Part shown: one piece after another, positions 27,157 to 37,344 of the stretch
Layout: every line of letters begins with the position of its first letter
Position numbering within the stretch: position 1 is the first letter of the stretch
Source: Candidatus Peregrinibacteria bacterium CG_4_10_14_0_2_um_filter_43_11
Lineage (GTDB): Bacteria; Patescibacteriota; Gracilibacteria; UM-FILTER-43-11
DNA length: 41,153 nucleotides
Reading direction: 5' to 3'
NCBI GenBank assembly: GCA_002792495.1
Contig: PFOK01000137.1
Coordinates: forward strand, 1 to 41,153
Notes under the pieces: generated by a model
What the model was told of the DNA's origin: nothing
Seen by the model: the letters and a program-made list of their open reading frames with translations, nothing else
Databases searched by the model: none
Position numbers and translations under genes: made by a program

Positions 27157-27211
27157 AGTCTAAGAGTTGACAATTGACAATGAAGCACTGACCGGAAAGT
27201 CAAAATGTATT

Positions 27212-28513
27212 TTAATAAAGTTTATCGTAATCGTGCATAACAAGCTGAGAATCAATCTGACGAATCAACTGGAGGACAACACCAACAACGATGATGAGTC
27301 CGCTGCCACTGATGATGAGATCCCCTTGAGTGAGAGGCGTGTATTTCGCGAATAAAACAGGAATAATCGCCACAATGCCAAGAAATATACCTCCGAATAG
27401 ATTCATATGAGCGGAAACCTTGGCAAGAAATTCCGATGTTTGACGCCCCGGTCGAACACCCGGAACAAACCCTCCTCGCTTTTGAATATTCTCGGCAATT
27501 TGATCAGGATTAAAAGTAACACTAACGTAAAAATAAGAAAAAGCGATGATCAGCAAAAAGTAAGTGACCAAATAGATATATCCGGGGTTGTTGGCATTAA
27601 AATGACGCAATAGAAAGTCGGCAACAGCCTGAAGCTTTCCGGAGGAAGAAGCCTGAAAAAATTGTGCCACAATGGAAGGAAAGGTAACCAAAGAGATCGC
27701 GAAGATGATCGGGATCATTCCCGCCTGATTCACCAGAATGGGAATCCCTGACCTTTCTCCTTTTCCTCCGCCAACAGCCCGTGTGGCATAAGTGATAGGA
27801 ATATTGCGATGCCCTTCTGTTATAAGAACAACAAACACCAATAGGGCAAGTGTTAGAATGATGAAACCTACAAAATAACCCAACTGAGTGCTGTCCCCGG
27901 CCTGAGCTGTCCCCAACATACGCCCTAAAACAGTGGGCATGCCAGAAATAATGCTGGCAAAAATGATCAATGAAATACCATTACCAACCCCTTTTTCCGT
28001 AATCAATTCTCCTATCCACATCAATAAAAGTGTACCCGTGGTTATGATCAACATAATGGGTAAGATCACCATGGGGTCAGCAATATTGGGGATCAATTGA
28101 CCATTCACACCGCGATTCAAAAGAACAATCATGCCATACGACTGCAAAAAAGCCAAAGGAATGGTCAGAATACGCGTGTATTGATTGATCTTTTTACGCC
28201 CCTCCATCCCTTCTTTGGAAAGGGCTTCTAATTTGGGCACAACAACCGTCATCAGCTGAATGATGATGGAAGCATTGATGTAAGGGGAAAGCCCCATAAG
28301 AACGATAGAAAAACTTTCCATACTACCTCCTGTCAACGCCGAGAAAACACCTAGCAAACTGTTTTGCTCAAACAAACGACCCAACATACTTGGATCCACA
28401 CCCGGAACCGTAATATGAGCCGCCAAACGGAAGACAAAGAAAAGGAAAAGTGTGAACAGAATTTTTTTTCTAAGACTACGTGCCTGCCAGATCTGGTGAA
28501 AGTATTTGAACAT
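27212..28513 (-). CDS. secY: Preprotein translocase subunit SecY
   Basis: GLSPYINASIIIQL, ITEKGVGNGISLIIF, NQAGMIPIIFA, PGVRPG. Confidence 0.98.
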   Translation of the reverse strand: MFKYFHQIWQARSLRKKILFTLFLFFVFRLAAHITVPGVDPSMLGRLFEQNSLLGVFSALTGGSMESFSIVLMGLSPYINASIIIQLMTVVVPKLEALSKEGMEGRKKINQYTRILTIPLAFLQSYGMIVLLNRGVNGQLIPNIADPMVILPIMLIITTGTLLLMWIGELITEKGVGNGISLIIFASIISGMPTVLGRMLGTAQAGDSTQLGYFVGFIILTLALLVFVVLITEGHRNIPITYATRAVGGGKGERSGIPILVNQAGMIPIIFAISLVTFPSIVAQFFQASSSGKLQAVADFLLRHFNANNPGYIYLVTYFLLIIAFSYFYVSVTFNPDQIAENIQKRGGFVPGVRPGRQTSEFLAKVSAHMNLFGGIFLGIVAIIPVLFAKYTPLTQGDLIISGSGLIIVVGVVLQLIRQIDSQLVMHDYDKLY

Positions 28514-28583
28514 AATAGAATGTGTCAGCGACTAATGTAAGAAAATCCTTGAGGCGAGTGAAAACGATACAATCCAAAATAAA

Positions 28584-29021
28584 CTATAAAATCTTCCCCC
28601 CTGCCTGAATGATCTTTGCTTTTGCCACACGAGAAAAGGCATGAGCCTTAACCGATAGTTTTTTAGTGATTTGCCCATTGCCCAAGATTTTAATAGGAAG
28701 AGCTCGCTTAGAAATGATCTTTTTTTCGAGCAAAATTTCAGGATTGACCTCGTCACCATCATTGAACTTGTTTAAAGCAGACAAATTAACAACCTGATAA
28801 GTGACTTTATTAATATTTTTAAAACCACGTAATTTAGGCAAGCGCATGATCAAAGGGGTCTGTCCTCCTTCAAAACCACGACGAACGTTGCCACTTTTAC
28901 GCTGACCCTGTCCTTTACAACCACGTCCACTAAAAGTACCATGCCCCGAAGCATTTCCGCGACCAAGACGTTTATTCTTTTTAATGGATCCTAAGGTTGG
29001 CTTTAACGAATGTAATTGCAT
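28584..29021 (-). CDS. rplO: 50S ribosomal protein L15
   Basis: [26 protein letters not shown]. Confidence 0.98.
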   Translation of the reverse strand: MQLHSLKPTLGSIKKNKRLGRGNASGHGTFSGRGCKGQGQRKSGNVRRGFEGGQTPLIMRLPKLRGFKNINKVTYQVVNLSALNKFNDGDEVNPEILLEKKIISKRALPIKILGNGQITKKLSVKAHAFSRVAKAKIIQAGGKIL

Positions 29022-29057
29022 AATGTCGTACAGAATTAGTGTCTAAATTAAAAATGA

Positions 29058-29693
29058 TTATTCCTTTTCTTCCACAGCCGCCTCCTTCTTTTCAGCTACA
29101 ACCTCCGAAGTCTCTGATTTCTTTTCAGCCGCCTCTTTCTTTTTATGCTGTTCAGAAGGGGTTTCCATGCCCAAGGGTGCCAAATGACCCGTCTTGGACG
29201 CGATCATGTGAGGTTTTAAAGGCCTTAAAGCCCTCAAGGCCTTCATGGAAGCCTGAGCAGTGACCAGTGTATTACGAGAACCAAGATCTTTAGAAAGCAC
29301 GTTTTTAACACCGGCTAAATTCAATATTTTACGCAAAGCTCCCCCTGCAATAACACCCGTTCCCGGAGAAGCGGGCATGAGAAGAAGACGAGCGGATTTA
29401 TATTTCATTTTCAGGCTATGGGGAATGGTCTCCCCGGAAGTGATGGGAACGTCAACGAGAGAACCTTTTGCCTGAGCAACCGCTTTTTTGATGGCATTGA
29501 CCACCTCAGTCGCCTTACCGATGCCAACACCCACACGCCCTTTACGATCACCAATCGCAACAGTGGCACGAAAGCGCAAACGACGACCTCCTTTGACCAC
29601 ACGTGTTACACGGTCAATTTGGAGAACCTCCTCATCAAACTCCTTCTTTTCCTCTATTTTATCCTTTGCGTTTTTTAAATATTTTTTAGCCAT
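29058..29693 (-). CDS. rpsE: 30S ribosomal protein S5 with charged C-terminal tail
   Basis: RVTRVVKGGRRLRF, PASPGTGVIAGG. Confidence 0.98.
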   Translation of the reverse strand: MAKKYLKNAKDKIEEKKEFDEEVLQIDRVTRVVKGGRRLRFRATVAIGDRKGRVGVGIGKATEVVNAIKKAVAQAKGSLVDVPITSGETIPHSLKMKYKSARLLLMPASPGTGVIAGGALRKILNLAGVKNVLSKDLGSRNTLVTAQASMKALRALRPLKPHMIASKTGHLAPLGMETPSEQHKKKEAAEKKSETSEVVAEKKEAAVEEKE

Positions 29694-29721
29694 ACCAAAA
29701 ATGAAAATTAGGAATTAGGAA

Positions 29722-30066
29722 TTAAAACACGAGTCCGCCCTCTCTTGCCCCTTCGGCAAGAGCCTTAACACGACCATGATAAAGATACCCACCTCGATCA
29801 AAAACACATTTTGTAATGTTCTGAGCAATCGCTTTTTTGGCAAGTTCAGATCCTGTCTGCTTTGCCAGTTCAAGGGATTTAGCCTTTTTAAGCTTTAAAC
29901 TGGAACTGGAAACAAGCACCCTACCGGCGACATCGTCAATCATCTGGGCATAGATATGCGTCAGGCTACGAAACACGCTCAAACGCGGGCAAACCGCACT
30001 GCCTTTAACACGAGTACGAATTCTTCTGTGTCGTCTTTCACGTTGTTGGACTTTTTTAGTAGACAT
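29722..30066 (-). CDS. rplR: 50S ribosomal protein L18
   Basis: [29 protein letters not shown]. Confidence 0.98.
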   Translation of the reverse strand: MSTKKVQQRERRHRRIRTRVKGSAVCPRLSVFRSLTHIYAQMIDDVAGRVLVSSSSLKLKKAKSLELAKQTGSELAKKAIAQNITKCVFDRGGYLYHGRVKALAEGAREGGLVF

Positions 30067-30117
30067 AAATACTTCTTAAAATGAGTAAACTTGCGATATA
30101 AAATAATGAATTTAAAA

Positions 30118-30669
30118 TTATTCCTTGGCACCGGCAGTCTTACCGGATTTGCGAACAACGTGTTCACCAACATAACGAATGCCTTTTCCTTTATAGGGTT
30201 CCGGTGGACGGAACGAACGAATATCGGAAGCCACCTGACCCACAACCTGTTTGTCGATCCCGCAAATAACAACTGTATTTTTTTGCTCCTTATCCATCTC
30301 TATGGTAATTCCCTCCGGAACAACGTAGTCGATAGGGTGAGAAAAACCAAGACTAAGAGTAATTTTTTTCCCGGAAATCTGCGCGCGATAACCCACACCA
30401 ATAATCTCCAATCGCTTCTCAAACCCATTAAAAACCCCGATAATCATATTGTTCACAAGAGAACGGATCAGACCATGGTAACTACGTTCCTGAGCACCAT
30501 CCCCCTTGCGTTTGATGAGGACTAAATTGTCTTCGTGAATAATCTGAATAGACAAAGGCAATGACGCTTGAAGTTGCCCTTTAGGCCCCTTCACGTGAAT
30601 CATGCTGTCCGCGACAGAAACTTCAACCCCGGTGGGCACGATGATTGGCATTTTTCCTATTTTAGACAT
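30118..30669 (-). CDS. rplF: 50S ribosomal protein L6
   Basis: MSKIGK, GVGYRA, LGFSHP, RPPEPYKGKGIRY. Confidence 0.98.
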   Translation of the reverse strand: MSKIGKMPIIVPTGVEVSVADSMIHVKGPKGQLQASLPLSIQIIHEDNLVLIKRKGDGAQERSYHGLIRSLVNNMIIGVFNGFEKRLEIIGVGYRAQISGKKITLSLGFSHPIDYVVPEGITIEMDKEQKNTVVICGIDKQVVGQVASDIRSFRPPEPYKGKGIRYVGEHVVRKSGKTAGAKE

Positions 30670-30739
30670 TCTGTGAGTAAGAAATTAGAAATTAGAATTT
30701 TAGACGATTTAGAATTTTAATTGAGTGATTTATGAGAAA

Positions 30740-31123
30740 CTACCACACCTGACAAAGGTATTCCCCTCCCAAACCATCGCGTCGCGCCTGATTGGCACTC
30801 ATAACCCCCTTAGAAGTGGATAAAACAGCAATACCATAACCATTATAAACAGATTTGATCGCATCACTTTTAATGTAAATACGTTGCCCTGGTTTGCTGA
30901 CACGTTTGAGATTGAATTCTTTCAATTCACGATTGAGCAACACTTCTATCTCGTCGAAAGATCCGCTTTTAACGACCTTGAAATCCACAATGAATTTATA
31001 TTGCTTTAAAACACTCAAAATCGCGATTTTTGCTTTAGAGTAAGGCACCACTGTTTTTTCTTGATTGGCACTAAACGCATTGCGCATTCTAGTAAGCAAA
31101 TCAGCGATTGGATCGGTCACCAT
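30740..31123 (-). CDS. rpsH: 30S ribosomal protein S8
   Basis: TDPIADLLTRMRNA, RVSKPGQRIY, STSKGVM, GGEYL. Confidence 0.98.
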   Translation of the reverse strand: MVTDPIADLLTRMRNAFSANQEKTVVPYSKAKIAILSVLKQYKFIVDFKVVKSGSFDEIEVLLNRELKEFNLKRVSKPGQRIYIKSDAIKSVYNGYGIAVLSTSKGVMSANQARRDGLGGEYLCQVW

Positions 31124-31167
31124 AACAATTGAAATTTAGAATTAAAATTAAGAAAGCTTTCTGAGAA

Positions 31168-31437
31168 TTACCAACTTGATTTTTTAATACCCATAACCTC
31201 ACCTCGAGATGCCAATTCACGGAAAATAATTCTTGAGACACCGAAGTAACGGAGGAAGCCACGCGGTCTACCTGTGACCTTGCAACGATTTTTTAAACGG
31301 GTGGGACTGGAATTAGGAGACATTTTATCCAAGGTGGCATAATCCCCTTTTTCTTTAAGTTCTTTTCGTTTTTGCGCATATTTCAGAATCATCTTCTTTC
31401 TATTTTCATCCTTGATAATGAGTGCTTTTCGGGCCAT
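31168..31437 (-). CDS. rpsN: 30S ribosomal protein S14, 89-aa zinc-independent type
   Basis: MARKA...NSSPTRLKNRCKVTGRPRG...SRIIFRE...KSSW; only one Cys. Confidence 0.97.
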   Translation of the reverse strand: MARKALIIKDENRKKMILKYAQKRKELKEKGDYATLDKMSPNSSPTRLKNRCKVTGRPRGFLRYFGVSRIIFRELASRGEVMGIKKSSW

Positions 31438-31453
31438 GTTTGTAATTTAAAAA

Positions 31454-31996
31454 TTAAAGTTCTTTTTTAAAAGGAAAGCCCATTGCCCTAAAAAGAGCAA
31501 TGCCCTGTTCGTTATTATGAGCGGTAGTGGCAACCGTTACCTGAAGACCATGCACATGAGAAACATCATCAGGATTGACCTCCGGAAAAACAATAGCCTC
31601 CTTAAAACCGACAGAATAATTCCCCTTGCCGTCAAATGATTTTATACTCAAGCCACGGAAATCACGTATGCGAGGGAAAACAATATTGACCAAACGGTCC
31701 AAAAAATCATACATCTTCTCACCACGAAGGGTTACCGTAACCCCTACAGGCATACCGGCACGGAGCTTAAAGTTAGAAATGGCCAATCTGGATTTGGTGA
31801 CAACGGGCTTTTGACCGGTAATCAACGCGACATTGTTGGTAACATCCGAAAAATCTTTAGTATTTTTAGTCAAAGAACCGATACCGACATTCACCTTAAC
31901 AAAAAGGAGACGGGGAACGGCCATAATATTTTTTAGCCCCAATTCTTTCATCAGTGCGGGAGAAATCTCTGATTTCATTCGTGCTTTTAGAGACAT
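31454..31996 (-). CDS. rplE: 50S ribosomal protein L5
   Basis: ITGQKP, FKLRAGMPVG, PRIRDFRG, FDGKGNY. Confidence 0.98.
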   Translation of the reverse strand: MSLKARMKSEISPALMKELGLKNIMAVPRLLFVKVNVGIGSLTKNTKDFSDVTNNVALITGQKPVVTKSRLAISNFKLRAGMPVGVTVTLRGEKMYDFLDRLVNIVFPRIRDFRGLSIKSFDGKGNYSVGFKEAIVFPEVNPDDVSHVHGLQVTVATTAHNNEQGIALFRAMGFPFKKEL

Positions 31997-32017
31997 GGAT
32001 TAAAAAAATTAAAAAAA

Positions 32018-32359
32018 TTAAGATTTCTTTTTATCAACCTTAGAAACAGTCTGTTCGACCGATTCATTACACTTTTTGCAAACGCGATATTTTTTACCCT
32101 CTTTAGGGAGTGCGTACCCCACTCGAACGGCCTTATTGCAACCGGGGCAAAGTAATTTCACATTTGAAACATTCAACGGAGCTTCGTATTTTACTCGTTC
32201 ACCGGGACGATTGGCCGTTTTACGAATGTGACGGGTTCGAATATTTATTTTTTCAACCGTGACACGATCCGTTTTTTTGAACACGCGCATTACTGTGCCG
32301 GTTTTACCCTTGTATTTACCTGCTATGACTAAGATTTTGTCGCCAGCCTTGATTTTCAT
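32018..32359 (-). CDS. rplX: 50S ribosomal protein L24 (with CxxC...CxxC)
   Basis: KOW motif GDKILVIAGKYKG, EAPLNVSNV. Confidence 0.97.
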   Translation of the reverse strand: MKIKAGDKILVIAGKYKGKTGTVMRVFKKTDRVTVEKINIRTRHIRKTANRPGERVKYEAPLNVSNVKLLCPGCNKAVRVGYALPKEGKKYRVCKKCNESVEQTVSKVDKKKS

Positions 32360-32407
32360 AATTTTTAAATTAAGGAATTACGTCCTTAGAGGGAAAGTTA
32401 ATAAGTA

Positions 32408-32776
32408 TTAAAGCACTTCAGGCGCCAGAGAAATAATTTTCTGATACCCTTTAGTGCGAAGCTCTCTGGCGACGGGGCCAAAAACACGAGTCCCCTTGGG
32501 CTGACCATCATTACCGATGATCACAACGGCATTTTCATCAAAACGGATGTAGGAACCATCAGGACGACGAATGGCTTTTTTAAGGCGAACAATAACAGCA
32601 CGTTGAATGGTGTGGTTTTTGACAACACCCTTCACGGAAGCGCTTTTAACAGCAACGACAATGACATCTCCGATACCACCATAGCGACGCTTTGATCCTC
32701 CTAGGACCTTAATGCACATCACTTTCTTTGCACCCGTGTTGTCCGCTACATTGAGCAGAGTTAAATGTTGAATCAT
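32408..32776 (-). CDS. rplN: 50S ribosomal protein L14
   Basis: [35 protein letters not shown]. Confidence 0.98.
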   Translation of the reverse strand: MIQHLTLLNVADNTGAKKVMCIKVLGGSKRRYGGIGDVIVVAVKSASVKGVVKNHTIQRAVIVRLKKAIRRPDGSYIRFDENAVVIIGNDGQPKGTRVFGPVARELRTKGYQKIISLAPEVL

Positions 32777-32801
32777 TTCCTGATATTTAATGCATTAAAG
32801 A

Positions 32802-33029
32802 TTAATTGGCAACGACTTTCCATCGTTTTAATTTACTGGTAGGTTTTGTCTCTTCAATAGTAACGGTATCTCCGATATTGAATTTTGAACTATCATCACA
32901 GTCGACGTAAAATTTCTTAGAAACACGATAACGCTTCTTGTATTTGGGATGAAGCTTGTACGTATGAACGGCAACAACCAACGTTTTCTGCATCTTATTA
33001 CTGGTGATAAGACCGGTCTTAGTGCGCAT
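32802..33029 (-). CDS. rpsQ: 30S ribosomal protein S17
   Basis: SNKMQKT, HPKYKK, GDTVTIEETKPTSKLKRW. Confidence 0.97.
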   Translation of the reverse strand: MRTKTGLITSNKMQKTLVVAVHTYKLHPKYKKRYRVSKKFYVDCDDSSKFNIGDTVTIEETKPTSKLKRWKVVAN

Positions 33030-33063
33030 GAGAATTAAAATTAGGTTCTAAACGGATTAAAAA

Positions 33064-33288
33064 TTAACGAATTTCGCCGGCGTTTTTAATCATCTCCTCT
33101 ATTTCCATCTCTTTGGTGAGAGTCTTAAGACGGGCAACATAACGCTTGTGTTTTTTAGCCAAGCTAACATCACTTTGATGTTTCGTGCGAAGGCCAATGC
33201 GAATTTTTATCCCTTCCTGCTGAGCTGCTGCTGATTCATGCAGCAGTTCTTTATGAGTCAATGATCGGATTTCTTGAGTAGATAACAT
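33064..33288 (-). CDS. rpmC: 50S ribosomal protein L29 (divergent)
   Basis: Position between rplP and rpsQ; EIRSLT..EL and KRYVARLKT resemble uL29. Confidence 0.85.
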   Translation of the reverse strand: MLSTQEIRSLTHKELLHESAAAQQEGIKIRIGLRTKHQSDVSLAKKHKRYVARLKTLTKEMEIEEMIKNAGEIR

Positions 33289-33302
33289 AATGAATAAGAA
33301 AA

Positions 33303-33719
33303 TTAATGAGAACGCATGACAAACTTGGTTTTGATAGGAAGCTTGCTGGTTGCCAAACGGAGTGCCTCTCTGGCAAGATCTTCTGTGACACCATCCATTT
33401 CGAAGAGAATACGACCGGGCTTCACACGGAAAACATAAAATTCAACAGACCCCTTTCCGGATCCCATCGGAACCTCGGAAGCTTTACGAGTGATAGGCGT
33501 GTGAGGAAATATGCGAATCCATATTTTCCCGCCACGTTTCACGTAACGCGTCATGGCACGACGAGCCGCTTCAATTTGACGAGATGTCAACTCACCAACG
33601 GCCTGAGCCTTTAGACCATAAGATCCGAAATTGATGCGATCTCCCACATGAGATTTACCGCCCCAGTTTCCACGGATGCGATGAGTCTTCCTAAATTTTT
33701 GCTTTTTTGGCTGTAGCAT
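33303..33719 (-). CDS. rplP: 50S ribosomal protein L16
   Basis: [29 protein letters not shown]. Confidence 0.98.
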   Translation of the reverse strand: MLQPKKQKFRKTHRIRGNWGGKSHVGDRINFGSYGLKAQAVGELTSRQIEAARRAMTRYVKRGGKIWIRIFPHTPITRKASEVPMGSGKGSVEFYVFRVKPGRILFEMDGVTEDLAREALRLATSKLPIKTKFVMRSH

Positions 33720-33754
33720 AATAATGACTTAAACACCTAAACAAATTAAATAAA

Positions 33755-34420
33755 TTATTTTTCTTGAGGCAAAGAAGTGATAGCGAGCTTATTTTTAAAC
33801 ACGAGCCCCTTATAAACCCAAACCTTAACCCCGATAATACCGTAAGTCGTGCCGGCCCTTAACGCGGCGTAATCGATATCCGCACGCAAGGTATGAAGAG
33901 GAATATTGCCTTCTTTGAAATATTCACGACGAGCGATTTCCACTCCATTGAGACGACCGGCAATTTGAATTTTAATTCCTTTTGCGCCTGCCTCCATTGC
34001 CTTCTGCACAGCCATTTTAACGGCACGTCGGTAAGCGACACGACGTTCGATTTGACTGGTGACCAATTCACCGATCAATCGGGCACTCAAATCCGGATTC
34101 TGAACCTCCAGAACATTGACATCAAAGTTCTGATCAAATTTACGATTCAAAACATCTCTCAAGTCTTGGACTCCAACCCCCTGACGACCGATGATCAAAC
34201 CTGGTTTTCCGGAATAAATATTGAGAATGACTTTATTGTGAGAACGCTCAATTTCAATTTTGACGACAGAAGAAGTCTTTAATTTTTGATTCAAAAATTC
34301 TCTGATCTTAATGTCATCATGAAACAATTTCATGTATTTCTTACCTGACGCAAACCACTTGGAATTCCAGGTATCTATAATGCCGATGCGTAGTATTCTT
34401 GGATGAACTTTTTGTCCCAT
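33755..34420 (-). CDS. rpsC: 30S ribosomal protein S3
   Basis: MGQKVHP, KPGLIIGRQG, GRLNGVEIAR, PLHTLRADIDY. Confidence 0.98.
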   Translation of the reverse strand: MGQKVHPRILRIGIIDTWNSKWFASGKKYMKLFHDDIKIREFLNQKLKTSSVVKIEIERSHNKVILNIYSGKPGLIIGRQGVGVQDLRDVLNRKFDQNFDVNVLEVQNPDLSARLIGELVTSQIERRVAYRRAVKMAVQKAMEAGAKGIKIQIAGRLNGVEIARREYFKEGNIPLHTLRADIDYAALRAGTTYGIIGVKVWVYKGLVFKNKLAITSLPQEK

Positions 34421-34496
34421 AATATAGTGAGTGAGAAATCCTATCCAGAGGAAGAAAGGACGAGGATTTCTTATGAATTAACAAATAAAATAAAAC

Positions 34497-35021
34497 TTAT
34501 TTTGCTGATTTAGTGGAGGCTTTTTTAACGGGAGCTTTAACAGATTTTTTAACGGCAGTTGATTTAGATGCCTTCTTGGTGGCTGTCGTATCAGAAGTTG
34601 ACGTTTCAGAATCCGGGGATTGTGGAGCCATCTCTTCCGAAACCTTTCCTTTCTTTTTAGAGGTGTTGGAAACCGGTTTCTGAGGAACATTGCCATCTGT
34701 AGTGCCAACCTCTACCGTAATATGACAAGTGCGTTTGAGAATGGGGTGTGTACGCCCCCTGGAGATAGGAACACCGCGTTTTAGAGTAGGCCCTTTAGTG
34801 ACCAATATTCTGGTGATAAAAAGACTATCAATAGATTGTTTAAAATTATTCACAGCGTTCGCGGCAGCCGACTGAACAACTTTATAAAGGACATCGGCGC
34901 CTTTTTTTGGCATAAATTTCAAAATATCCAAGGCGTCTTTTACTTTTTTTCCACGAACCATTCCGGCTACCAAATTAGCCTTTTTAGGAGAGATCCGACT
35001 GCGTCTTAGGATAGCTTTCAC
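34497..35021 (-). CDS. rplV: 50S ribosomal protein L22 with K/S/T/A-rich C-terminal extension
   Basis: GTG start; ISPKKANLVA, SAAANA, GPTLKR, KRTCHITV, then a ~65-aa low-complexity tail. Confidence 0.97.
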   Translation of the reverse strand: MKAILRRSRISPKKANLVAGMVRGKKVKDALDILKFMPKKGADVLYKVVQSAAANAVNNFKQSIDSLFITRILVTKGPTLKRGVPISRGRTHPILKRTCHITVEVGTTDGNVPQKPVSNTSKKKGKVSEEMAPQSPDSETSTSDTTATKKASKSTAVKKSVKAPVKKASTKSAK

Positions 35022-35077
35022 GTGATTGAGCTTAAAATGATAAAATGGATAAATAGGTACAAGCGGAGGGAAATTGG

Positions 35078-35359
35078 TTACTTAGACTGTTCTTTGGCTA
35101 TTTTTCCGCCATGTGATTTAAACTTGCGAGTGGGGGAGAATTCACCCAGTTTATGGCCAACCATATTTTCGGTAACAAAAACGGAAATATGAGTTTTGCC
35201 ATTATGGACACCGAAGGTATGGCCAACAAATTCAGGAGAAACGGTGGAACGACGAGACCAGGTGCGGATCACTTTCTTTTGTCCGGATGCTTCCATCTGT
35301 TGAACCTTCTTGATCAAATCAGCGTTGATGTAAATGCCTTTTTTTAAACTTCGACTCAT
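35078..35359 (-). CDS. rpsS: 30S ribosomal protein S19
   Basis: [28 protein letters not shown]. Confidence 0.98.
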   Translation of the reverse strand: MSRSLKKGIYINADLIKKVQQMEASGQKKVIRTWSRRSTVSPEFVGHTFGVHNGKTHISVFVTENMVGHKLGEFSPTRKFKSHGGKIAKEQSK

Positions 35360-35436
35360 TGGGAGAATGGATTAAATAATTTTTAATTCTAAATTGTAGA
35401 ACTTAGAACCCAAAACTTGAATTTATAAATTAGAAA

Positions 35437-36276
35437 TTAACGTTTTTTCTTGTGTCGCCCTTTAATAATAAGGTGATCGCTATGTCTATGGCGACGGGTA
35501 GAAACACCCAGAGCAGGTTTACCCCATGGGGTTTTAGGATATTTAAGACCGATAGAATTGTGCCCCTCTCCTCCTCCGTGGGGATGATCAACAGCGTTCA
35601 TCGACTTTCCAAGCACTTGAGGACGTTTACCCATCCAGCGAACACGACCGGCTTTACCGATCTTAATATTGCTGTAATCAATATTACTCACCACACCAAT
35701 CGTGGCATAACATTCCTTCGAAACATATCGTACGGAACCGGAAGGCAATGTGACCTGTGCCATTTCTCCTTCCAACGCGGCGATTTTTCCGGAAGATCCA
35801 GCACTACGAATGGCTTGAGCTCCACGACCCGATTTTAATTCCAAATCATGAATGTTGAATCCAACCGGAATGGATTTGAGCTGCATACGATTCCCTGTCT
35901 TCACTTTTGCCTTAACGCTACAAACGATACGATCCCCCACTTTAAGGGTATGAGGAGCGATGATATAACGTTTTTCGCCATCCGCGTAAAACAATAGAGC
36001 AATGTAAGCGGTACGATTGGGATCGTATTCAATGGTTTTTACCACAGCGGGGATATCGAGCTTATCAAAACGTTTGGCATCTACAATACGATAGTTTCGT
36101 TTTGCGCCACCTCCACGGTGTCGAACGGTAATACGCCCTTGATTGTTGCGACCTGATTTCTGCTTGCGCGGAGCGATCAGACTCTTCTCTGGTTTTGTTG
36201 CCGTAATAAACTCAAAGGTATCGACACTCATTCCGCGACGACCCGGTGTTGTTGGCTTGTATTTACGTACTGGCAT
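35437..36276 (-). CDS. rplB: 50S ribosomal protein L2
   Basis: [37 protein letters not shown]. Confidence 0.98.
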   Translation of the reverse strand: MPVRKYKPTTPGRRGMSVDTFEFITATKPEKSLIAPRKQKSGRNNQGRITVRHRGGGAKRNYRIVDAKRFDKLDIPAVVKTIEYDPNRTAYIALLFYADGEKRYIIAPHTLKVGDRIVCSVKAKVKTGNRMQLKSIPVGFNIHDLELKSGRGAQAIRSAGSSGKIAALEGEMAQVTLPSGSVRYVSKECYATIGVVSNIDYSNIKIGKAGRVRWMGKRPQVLGKSMNAVDHPHGGGEGHNSIGLKYPKTPWGKPALGVSTRRHRHSDHLIIKGRHKKKR

Positions 36277-36354
36277 AAGTTTGGTAATTGATAATGGGTG
36301 AATGGCAATTTGTCTGGATGACCTACGAGTGAAAAATCACAAATTGCGGTAAAA

Positions 36355-36651
36355 TTATTTTTTAGAAAATTTATTAAAATCAATAAGTTGTTTGGCATCG
36401 ATTGTTACGACTGCCTTTCTGCGTGCGGGACGTTTGGTGATAGAACGACCACGACCCACCACACGGACTTTTTTTAGAACCAGGATAAAGTTCACCGCTT
36501 TGACGGCTACCCCGTACATTTTTTCAACCGCTTTCCTCACTTCAATTTTATTCGCGTTGAGATGAACAAAAAAAGTGTATTTATGAGCCGCTTGCTGAGA
36601 AGTGGTTTTTTCGGTAACGACCGGTGATAATAAAACGTGAGAGTAGTCCAT
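36355..36651 (-). CDS. rplW: 50S ribosomal protein L23
   Basis: PVVTEKT, ANKIEVRKAVE, RRKAVVT; position between rplD and rplB. Confidence 0.96.
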   Translation of the reverse strand: MDYSHVLLSPVVTEKTTSQQAAHKYTFFVHLNANKIEVRKAVEKMYGVAVKAVNFILVLKKVRVVGRGRSITKRPARRKAVVTIDAKQLIDFNKFSKK

Positions 36652-36688
36652 AATTTAGATTAACGATTAAGAAAAATCGGTATATCGT

Positions 36689-37315
36689 TTAATTTAAAAA
36701 AAGTTCCTCAGCCTTTTTAAGAGCGGGCTCAAGGAACATTATTTTTTCGTATTTGAGAAGGTCAAAAATATTAAGATAATTGACAAGAATGGTTTTAACA
36801 TTAGGCAGATTATTGGCGGATTTTTCCAAATTAGAATCTTTTTCGGAAAGCACTACCAGCAAGGAGCGTTCAACAGGCAACTTGCCAACCATATCCATAA
36901 AAACTTTTGTTTTGGGAGTTTTCACTTCAAAGGAATCCAAAACAAACACGCTTCCCTCGGTGGCTTTTTGAGAAAGGCTGGAAAAAAGAGCCAAACGACG
37001 TGCTTTTTTAGGAAGGTTTTTAGAATAATTTGCTTCGCCGATGGGTCCGAAAACAATTCCACCACCACGCCAGATCGGGTTACGGCTGGAACCGAAACGC
37101 GCGCGACCGGTGCCTTTTTGACGCCAGGGTTTTTTACCACCCCCGCGAACTTCTCCGCGCGTTTTGGTACAAGCATTTGACTGGCGGGCGTTAGCCTGCT
37201 GACGCAAAACAGCCAAACGAATAAGTTCCTCATGTACGGGGACTTGAAACATGGAATCACTGACATCGACAGTGCCTTTTTTTGCGCCGGATTGTTCGTA
37301 AAGGTCTAATTTCAT
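36689..37315 (-). CDS. rplD: 50S ribosomal protein L4
   Basis: KTRGEVRGGGKKPWRQKGTGRAR, WRGGGIVFGP. Confidence 0.98.
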   Translation of the reverse strand: MKLDLYEQSGAKKGTVDVSDSMFQVPVHEELIRLAVLRQQANARQSNACTKTRGEVRGGGKKPWRQKGTGRARFGSSRNPIWRGGGIVFGPIGEANYSKNLPKKARRLALFSSLSQKATEGSVFVLDSFEVKTPKTKVFMDMVGKLPVERSLLVVLSEKDSNLEKSANNLPNVKTILVNYLNIFDLLKYEKIMFLEPALKKAEELFLN

Positions 37316-37344
37316 AGCAATGTGAGCTTTTAAATCTTTATAAT

